Below, piece by piece: positions 35,023 to 41,502 of a DNA stretch of 41,502 bases. Each line of letters starts with the position of its first letter. Within the stretch, counting starts at the first letter, position 1. The position numbers were made by a program, and so were the translations under genes. Source of the stretch: a candidate division WOR-3 bacterium (lineage in GTDB: Bacteria; SDB-A). The notes beneath the pieces were generated by a model. That model saw only the letters and a program-made list of their open reading frames with translations, had not been told where the DNA came from and made no database searches. The DNA lies in NCBI GenBank assembly GCA_016934535.1, contig JAFGSQ010000024.1, forward strand, positions 1 through 41,502, written 5' to 3'.

Positions 35023-38000
35023 ATGCGCGATTTGATCCCTCAATTCATAGCGGCAAATTATTCCAACGGAGTTAAATGCGGCAAATTTGACGGTGCAGTC
35101 ATTTTCGCAGACATATCGGGATTCACGGAGATGACTAAAACCCTCATGGAAAAAGGCACCGAAGGTATAGAAGTACTCACCCTTACCATAAACGACGTTT
35201 TTACCCCGGCTCTTTCTATCGTCAGTTCCTCAGGCGGATTCGTGACGGTTTTCGGAGGAGACGCTTTCTACGCCGTTTTCGATTCCTCTTCAGACGATTT
35301 TACATCGAGAGCTCTTTTTTGCGCGCAGGAAATCACGAAACTGTTCGAAGAGTCAGGAATAAAAAAGACATCGTCAGGCGTATTCACTCTATCAGTCAAA
35401 ACCGGTCTTTCCCTCGGTGAAATCAACTGGGGCATAATTGAAAATCCATTTCAGAACTCGTATTATTTCAAAGGGCCTCCGATAGATTCGGCGGCAAAAA
35501 TCCAGAGTTTCTGCAAAAAAAACTCTGTCGCCGCAGACGGTTTTTTCGCGGCTTCTTTCAAAGACCGCAGGATGTTTCATCAAACAGAAAACGGCGTCTT
35601 TTCAACGCTTTGTAAAGTTTCTCCCACAAAAAACAGGCTTCATCAAAAAAAGACCGCTTTTTCTGTTGCTAAAAGTTTCTTCCCTGCCGGAATTTTAGAG
35701 ACTACGGTTAAAGGCGAGTTCAGAGAGGTAGTAAGCGTTTTTTTTTCTTTCAAAGACACTCCTTTTACTTCCGATAACATATCAAAAACAATAAGCCTCG
35801 TCGCGAAGACCGGAGGATATTTCAACAGAGTGAGTTACGGCGACAAAGGCGGTTTCGTTCTCGCTTTTTTCGGCGCACCCTCCGGTAAAGAACTGCTCTG
35901 CGAAAGAGCTTCAAAAATGGCGCTTTCCGTCTCGAAAATACCGGATTTTATGATTTGCGCCGGAATTTCTTTCGGAATGTGCTTCGCCGGTTTCACAGGA
36001 AGCGAAGAAAGAGCAGAATACACCTGTCAGGGTGAAAAAGTTAATCTCGCAGCGAGACTAATGTCGCTCAAGGACGAAAACCTGCCCCGGGAGCCCAGAA
36101 TTCTCATAGATAAGGAGGTCTTCGGTAAAATTAAAGACGGGTTCTCTGCGGAATTCCTGAAAAACGCCACCTTGAAAGGTTTCGAAGAACCGGTTCCTGT
36201 CTATCTGCTGAGTGATGACAGAGAAGAAAGATCCCGCGTTCGTAAAGGCGGGAAAATAGTCGGAAGACAGAAACAGCTCAGAGCCGCATCTGACCTTTTA
36301 ACGAAGGCAAAGGAAGGCGCCGGAGGAGTATTGATGCTGAAAGGAGACGCGGGGACAGGAAAAAGCTTTTTTATAGAGGAGCTGGCGTCGCTTCATCCTT
36401 CCTTCACTTGGATATTCATGCCCTGCGATCAGATATTCAGATCTTCTCTGAATCCCGCTTCTCATTTCATCAAGGATTTTTTTTCCATATCAAAAAATGC
36501 GAATTCCGAAAATACTCTTGAATCGATAAGGGAAAAGACAAAAAAAATTATGATGAGCGGCGAAATCCGCGACAAGAGAGAACATGATATAATCGTCTAT
36601 TATTTTGCAACTCTCGCGGGACTGAACCCAAAAGACTCTTTTCTCGACTCTCTCAATCCGAAGAATAAAAAAGATGAAACCGTCTATTATGTCAAATCGC
36701 TCATAAAGTCGATGTCCCAAAATAATCCGACGGCGGTTTTCATAGACGACCTTCACTGGATTGACGAAGATTCGAAGGTTCTTCTCAAGGATATTTGTTC
36801 AAACACCCTGAACTTACCTCTCGTCGTAATAACGGCTCAGCGCCCGATTGATGAAATTGTTGAAAGATCTTTCATGCAGGACCTGCCGGGTCGGGTGACA
36901 CAAATTATGCTCGAACCGTTTTCCCGCAGTGATTCATACGAACTCGTCCGCGAACTTCTCGGCTCTGACGAAGTCCCGCTGTCTACACTCGACAGAATAC
37001 ACGACAAATCCGAGGGCAATCCCTTCTTCATTCAGCAGACAGTGAGTTTTCTGACTGAAAATAAAATTTTGTCCGATGATTTCAGATTTTCAGAGGGCAC
37101 GGATTTCATACCGTCAGACGTCCGGACAATTATCGTCTCCAGGGTGGACAGATTTGAAAAATTCCTGAAAAATGCCGTTTTGAAAGCTTCCGTCCTCGGA
37201 AGAGAATTTTCATCTGATATCCTGGCCTCCATGGATCTGGAAAGACCTCTCGAAAATGTTATTGCCGATGGACTCCGGACAAATGTATGGAGAAATATCG
37301 GAGGACGGAAATTCGAGTTCACGCACGCACTCATAAGGGACTCGGTTTACGATATGCAGTTAAAAAGCGACCTGAGGGCGCATCATGCCAGAGCCGCGAG
37401 AATTTACGAAAATTTGCCCGGGGACAGGCGGGAATCCGATCCGGGTATAATTGCCCATCACTACGATATGGCTATGGACTCGGAAAAAGCGCCCTTTTTT
37501 TTGAAAAAAGCGATTGAAAAAGCTGAAAATAACTTCGCAACAAGTGATGCACTGCGGTTTTGCGACGCTCTCGACAAATATCTTCCTCCGGGAAAAGAAA
37601 AAATCTCAAACTCAATAGAAAAAACAAAACTGATGCTTTTGGATGGAAATCTCAACGAAGCGGAGATTTTCGGAGAAAAAATTCTTTCGGAAATCACAAA
37701 AAGCCGCGAAAACGATTTTCTGCCGAAATGCCTTCTCCGTTTGATAGAGATCACTCAAAGACTTTTCAAACTCGACAAAAACATGTCTTATATTAAACAG
37801 GCCAAAAAATATCTGGCGACATTTAAAGACGAGGATTTCGAAATGGACATCCTCAAAGCCACCGCTTTTTATTGGCACAGCAAGGAAAATATAAAAAAAG
37901 CGTTTGAATATTTTGAAAAAGCCCTCGATCTTTCCCGCAGACTGAAAGACAAAAAATCGGAATCACACCTGCTGTCGGACATAGCAATATTCTGCGGCAA

Positions 38001-38892
38001 TGAACTCGGATTCGACAAAGTGCTGGATTATCTTTTTGAAGGTCTGAAAATCGCCGAAGAAATCGGAGACATAAAAAATGAAGAGATAATCTACTCAAAC
38101 ATCGCTCTTTCATACCAGGAACTTTTCCTCGACGTCGAAAAAAGCTTCGAATACTATCAAAAAGCGATGTCTCTTTCACAAAAGTTCGGTGACAAGCCGG
38201 CGCTGATGAATGAACTGAATAACATTGCTATAATTTATCAACTGAAAGGAGATGACGAATCCGCACTCGATTGCTTCAACCGGTCCCTCGACATGGCTGT
38301 TGAAAAAGGACACAAAATGGCTTCAGTTAACGCTCTTGGAAACCTGTCGGCTTACTTCAGATTCTCGGGTAATTTCACAAAATCCCTCGGTTACATAGAA
38401 AGAGCAGAAAGAATGGTAGAAAACACGCCGATGGAAGAACTGCTCCTGAGGATACTCATGGACAAATTCGAAACAATTCTCGGGCTTAAAGATTTCGAGG
38501 CAGCGGAAAAACTTCTGGAAAGGATAAATTTAATACACCGAAAACTTCACTCCTGTGACTGGGAAAAATACGCCTTCGGAAAATTGAGAATTTTTTACCT
38601 CACTACGGGTGAAAAACATGCGATAATCTCAATGGAAAATGAAGCGGAAAAAATAAAGGAAAAGTCTGTCAAGGCGTCTTTTTACTTGAAAATATGGGAA
38701 ATCACAGGTTCCAGTAAATACGCGGAACTGTCACGCGAATTTTTCACAAGAATAATAGAAGAGCCTCCTGAAAACTACAAAGATTTCTACTGGATTCTGC
38801 AAAGAAGAAAACTTGAAAAGTTTCTCGAAAAAAATTCAACCGCAGACGGGAAGCCGGAAAGTGAAAACACTTCCGGCACATCCTTCGGATGA
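35023..38892 (+). CDS. Soluble adenylyl cyclase-like protein: two class III cyclase domains, STAND/AAA ATPase and TPR
   Basis: C1 FADISGFT...FGGDA; C2 GDKG...FGAP...EYTCQGEKVNLAARLM; Walker A GDAGTGKS; Walker B FIDDLHW; GNPFF; ASVLGREF; FTHALIRD; C-terminal TPRs. Start set at ATG 35023. Confidence 0.9.
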   Translation: MRDLIPQFIAANYSNGVKCGKFDGAVIFADISGFTEMTKTLMEKGTEGIEVLTLTINDVFTPALSIVSSSGGFVTVFGGDAFYAVFDSSSDDFTSRALFCAQEITKLFEESGIKKTSSGVFTLSVKTGLSLGEINWGIIENPFQNSYYFKGPPIDSAAKIQSFCKKNSVAADGFFAASFKDRRMFHQTENGVFSTLCKVSPTKNRLHQKKTAFSVAKSFFPAGILETTVKGEFREVVSVFFSFKDTPFTSDNISKTISLVAKTGGYFNRVSYGDKGGFVLAFFGAPSGKELLCERASKMALSVSKIPDFMICAGISFGMCFAGFTGSEERAEYTCQGEKVNLAARLMSLKDENLPREPRILIDKEVFGKIKDGFSAEFLKNATLKGFEEPVPVYLLSDDREERSRVRKGGKIVGRQKQLRAASDLLTKAKEGAGGVLMLKGDAGTGKSFFIEELASLHPSFTWIFMPCDQIFRSSLNPASHFIKDFFSISKNANSENTLESIREKTKKIMMSGEIRDKREHDIIVYYFATLAGLNPKDSFLDSLNPKNKKDETVYYVKSLIKSMSQNNPTAVFIDDLHWIDEDSKVLLKDICSNTLNLPLVVITAQRPIDEIVERSFMQDLPGRVTQIMLEPFSRSDSYELVRELLGSDEVPLSTLDRIHDKSEGNPFFIQQTVSFLTENKILSDDFRFSEGTDFIPSDVRTIIVSRVDRFEKFLKNAVLKASVLGREFSSDILASMDLERPLENVIADGLRTNVWRNIGGRKFEFTHALIRDSVYDMQLKSDLRAHHARAARIYENLPGDRRESDPGIIAHHYDMAMDSEKAPFFLKKAIEKAENNFATSDALRFCDALDKYLPPGKEKISNSIEKTKLMLLDGNLNEAEIFGEKILSEITKSRENDFLPKCLLRLIEITQRLFKLDKNMSYIKQAKKYLATFKDEDFEMDILKATAFYWHSKENIKKAFEYFEKALDLSRRLKDKKSESHLLSDIAIFCGNELGFDKVLDYLFEGLKIAEEIGDIKNEEIIYSNIALSYQELFLDVEKSFEYYQKAMSLSQKFGDKPALMNELNNIAIIYQLKGDDESALDCFNRSLDMAVEKGHKMASVNALGNLSAYFRFSGNFTKSLGYIERAERMVENTPMEELLLRILMDKFETILGLKDFEAAEKLLERINLIHRKLHSCDWEKYAFGKLRIFYLTTGEKHAIISMENEAEKIKEKSVKASFYLKIWEITGSSKYAELSREFFTRIIEEPPENYKDFYWILQRRKLEKFLEKNSTADGKPESENTSGTSFG

Positions 38893-40584
38893 AACACTTA
38901 TGTTTCCTCCGTGAAGTTCGACCAGTCTTTTGACTATTGAAAGACCGAGGCCTGTCGTCTGTTCTCCGTTTGTTCCCAATCTCCTCGCTTCGGTGAATTT
39001 GTCGAATATTTTTTTTTTCATGTCATCGGGAATCCCTATTCCGTCGTCGGCTACGGAAACGACGGCCGATTCTGAATGATCAGCATTCTCTTTTCTCAAT
39101 GTCACTGATATTTTTCCGCCTTTGCTCGTGAATTTGAGAGCGTTCGAGAAAAGATTCTGCATAATCTGCCAGAATCTGTTGAAATCGACGCGGCAAATAC
39201 ATTCTCCGGATTCGTTTATCCATTCAAAGTCGACGCCTTTTTTCTGTGACAATCTCCTAAAATCTCCTGAAAATTCCGTTATCAGGCCGGATATGTCAAG
39301 TTTCTGAAGATCGAGCGAAAAATCCTCGCTTTCGATTTTGTTGACTTCAAGTATGTCATCGACAAGAACGAGAGCCCTTGTTACGTAATGATTGATTACA
39401 TTGATCGTCTCTTCAACCTCATCGTTGAGTTTCTGCTGCAGGGACAACATCTGCGACAGAGGCAGAATGGATCCTATAGTACCTTTGAGGTCGTGAGAGA
39501 CCACTCTCAGTATTGTGTCTTTGGACATGTTTATAGCGAGCAGTTCTTCGTTTTTTTTGGCGAGTTCCGCATTCTGGTTTTCTATTTTCGCGTAAGCACT
39601 CGCCAGTTCTTCATTTTTCATTTTATATATTTCCGCTTCCCTTTCCTTGACCCTAACTTCGAATCTTGCGTCCATTTCAGCTATTTTCGCGGTTTTTTCC
39701 TCGTTGAAAATGGCTTCCATTTTTTCAGCGCGGACCCGGCTGAAATAAAGAGCGTTTTGCAAATCTCCTTTTGTCTCAAATAACTCCGAAAGTATTTTTG
39801 CCGAATTCATCTGCCCCAAATTGTTTTCCGTGGAAAAATAAATGTCAAAAGCCTCTTTTGCGTATTCTAAAGATTTTTCAACATCCCCTTTTTCTTTCAT
39901 CACAAGGCCAATATTAAAAATCGCAGGAGCCTCCCCGTTTCTGTCTCCTAACTCATGCTTTAATGATAGAGCTTTTTCGTAAAATGTCAGGGCTTCGTCG
40001 AGATTCCCAGTTTCCCTGTATATCTCTCCGATGTTGTTGAAAATAAATGAAAGCGCTCTTTTGTCGCCCGTCTTTTCCGCGATTGTCCTCGCCCGTTCCA
40101 GGTATTCGAGACCTTTCTTGAATTCGCCGAAGCTTCTGTAGACGTTTGCTATGTTGTTACAGCTCTGCTGAATCCATTTGTCTACATTTTCCTTTTCTCT
40201 TATTTCAAGGGATTTTTTCATATATGTCAGCGCTTTTTCCCTCATATTCATCTTGGCAAAGACAATGCCTATTCCTTCGTATGAACTGGTCAGGGGATCA
40301 GTGTCCGTTTCCGTCTGGGCGACTTTGTGAAAATATTCGAGGGCCTTGTCGAAATCAGACATCTGAAAGCAAAGAAAACCGAGACGCAGAAGAGCCTTGC
40401 TTTTTTTCCCGTCTATGCCTTTTTTTTCACATATCTCAAGGGCAGTCAGAGCGCAGTTGAATGAAGGAACTATTTCGTATTTGTCGAAAAATTCTCTTGC
40501 TTTTTTGAGGAGAAAAGTGACCTTTCCCTCATCAGATGAAAGAGTCTCTACTTCGTCAAGGACATTTTCAGCTTTATCTGCCAT
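38836..40584 (-). CDS. Cytoplasmic TPR-containing sensor histidine kinase
   Basis: About 6 TPRs, coiled coil, H-box VSHDLK, N-box NLFSNALKFT, DDGIGI, IFDKF and GLGLSIVKRLVELHGG; no TM or receiver domain; AAGGAG SD. Confidence 0.92.
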   Translation of the reverse strand: MADKAENVLDEVETLSSDEGKVTFLLKKAREFFDKYEIVPSFNCALTALEICEKKGIDGKKSKALLRLGFLCFQMSDFDKALEYFHKVAQTETDTDPLTSSYEGIGIVFAKMNMREKALTYMKKSLEIREKENVDKWIQQSCNNIANVYRSFGEFKKGLEYLERARTIAEKTGDKRALSFIFNNIGEIYRETGNLDEALTFYEKALSLKHELGDRNGEAPAIFNIGLVMKEKGDVEKSLEYAKEAFDIYFSTENNLGQMNSAKILSELFETKGDLQNALYFSRVRAEKMEAIFNEEKTAKIAEMDARFEVRVKEREAEIYKMKNEELASAYAKIENQNAELAKKNEELLAINMSKDTILRVVSHDLKGTIGSILPLSQMLSLQQKLNDEVEETINVINHYVTRALVLVDDILEVNKIESEDFSLDLQKLDISGLITEFSGDFRRLSQKKGVDFEWINESGECICRVDFNRFWQIMQNLFSNALKFTSKGGKISVTLRKENADHSESAVVSVADDGIGIPDDMKKKIFDKFTEARRLGTNGEQTTGLGLSIVKRLVELHGGNISVSSEGCAGSVFTFRLPVCG

Positions 40585-40687
40585 CAGACTCCTTTCGAAA
40601 CTCTCAACCGATTTTAAACGAGTTCATTCAATATTGTAAGTGCAATTATTTTTTTGGCACTTTTACCGGTCTGATGCAATTTTTCAC

Positions 40688-40717
40688 AAAAAAAAGGGGG
40701 CCAAAGCCCCCTTTTTT
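40688..40717. terminator. Rho-independent terminator (probably bidirectional)
   Basis: AAAAAAAAGGGGGC-CAAA-GCCCCCTTTTTT; on the minus strand the stem is followed by T8, downstream of the last gene. Confidence 0.85.
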
Positions 40718-40788
40718 CATCTCGTACAGAGATTATCTTTTCTAATTCATTTTGCTATGTCAAATGTAATTTTAACTATCGTTAAAAT

Positions 40789-41502
40789 TTATCTGACAAT
40801 ATTGACCTTCAATGATCTTTCTGTTCCGTTTACAGTCGCTCTGAGGAAGTAGAGACCTGATGAAATATCTTCAGAGTTAAATCCGAGACTGTGATTTCCC
40901 GCTGAAAGTGTTCCTGAGAAGATATTTCTTACATTTCTTCCCGACACGTCGAACAGTGAAACTGAAACGTCGGATTCGGTAACGACAGAAAGGCTGAAAA
41001 CAGATTTCGCTGTGACAAAAGTCGGACATGCGAGCCTGAACTGAGAAGGAACGGTTATTCCGATCTCGTCTACGCCGACCGAAGTCCACGTTCCAAAACA
41101 GGCTACCCAGACATCCTGCGTGGAAGACTCTCTGGAAGGTGCCCATGATCCGGTAAACTCGTAAGCTCTTCTGCTTACGGCTCCCGGAGGAACTGCGCTG
41201 GTTCCTGTCGAAAAAGTGGTTTGATTTACAGTGATCTGACCGACGTAAAAAGCTCCGTCGTTTATTACGACTGCAGGGCTGACCGGCGCTTTGAACCACA
41301 ATCCGGCTTGTGCAGTCGTCACAGGTAATCTCGTCGAAAACAGTATTGTTCCAGGTCCGCCGTCGGTTCCATCGTCGTCCATAATAATCAGTTCGACATC
41401 ACCGTTTGCATCAACAGAAGCCGGGAAGAATCCTACTGAATCTATAGTGAAGGGATAATTCGGGGGTTCGTACATGTTGCCGTATCCGGATGAATCTCCG
41501 TT
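40789..41502 (-). CDS. Secreted protein with C-terminal T9SS-type sorting domain; 5'-truncated at window edge
   Basis: Frame open to base 41502 (NGDSSGYGNMYEPP...); DDDG.DG.PG beta-sandwich, GVDE linker, LFDVSGRNV...SSGLYFLR...LKVNIVR. Confidence 0.8.
   Translation of the reverse strand, partial: NGDSSGYGNMYEPPNYPFTIDSVGFFPASVDANGDVELIIMDDDGTDGGPGTILFSTRLPVTTAQAGLWFKAPVSPAVVINDGAFYVGQITVNQTTFSTGTSAVPPGAVSRRAYEFTGSWAPSRESSTQDVWVACFGTWTSVGVDEIGITVPSQFRLACPTFVTAKSVFSLSVVTESDVSVSLFDVSGRNVRNIFSGTLSAGNHSLGFNSEDISSGLYFLRATVNGTERSLKVNIVR

Noticed and set aside
33813-38892. Calling the cyclase/cNMP pair a Pycsar or Avs defence system
   Set aside because: The effector is a GGDEF rather than TIR/TM, cyclase residues look ATP-specific, the genes are divergent and there is no defence-island context.
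40690-40765. TTGACA plus terminator as a small RNA gene
   Set aside because: No -10 at proper spacing, and the transcript would be little more than the terminator.

Overview
Gene-dense bacterial window (standard genetic code) with no rRNA, tRNA, CRISPR array, transposase or prophage that I can support. Four proteins end in T9SS/Por-type Ig-like C-terminal sorting domains and one gene is PorZ-like. This suggests an FCB-related, possibly candidate-phylum (WOR-3/TA06-like) host; the taxonomy is inference only. Layout: (1) 1-2.7 kb, two secreted surface proteins (duplicated beta-helix, LVIVD propeller). (2) 2.7-17.3 kb, a divergent cell-envelope locus. Its left arm is ACP-SDR-adenylating ligase-GNAT-polysaccharide deacetylase. 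Its right arm is a flippase-like protein, YfhO GT-C, polyprenol-P-sugar synthase, priming phosphoglycosyl transferase, PorZ-like protein and an orphan with a degenerate cyclase-like domain. (3) 17.3-34.9 kb, a long minus-strand run: cNMP-GGDEF, nadC, purN, PHP, S55 peptidase plus propeller partner, glycerate kinase, ffh-rpsP-khpA-trmD-rplS-rnhB-yraN (rimM absent, a terminator in its place), TPR/Cys-finger, DUF4388-like, GT4. (4) 35-40.6 kb, a sAC-like double cyclase-STAND-TPR protein divergent from the cNMP-GGDEF gene and convergent with a TPR histidine kinase. (5) A truncated CTD protein at the right edge. Best candidates for an undescribed system: the PorZ-linked glycan synthesis/acylation locus and the cyclase/cNMP-DGC/TPR-kinase signalling cluster.
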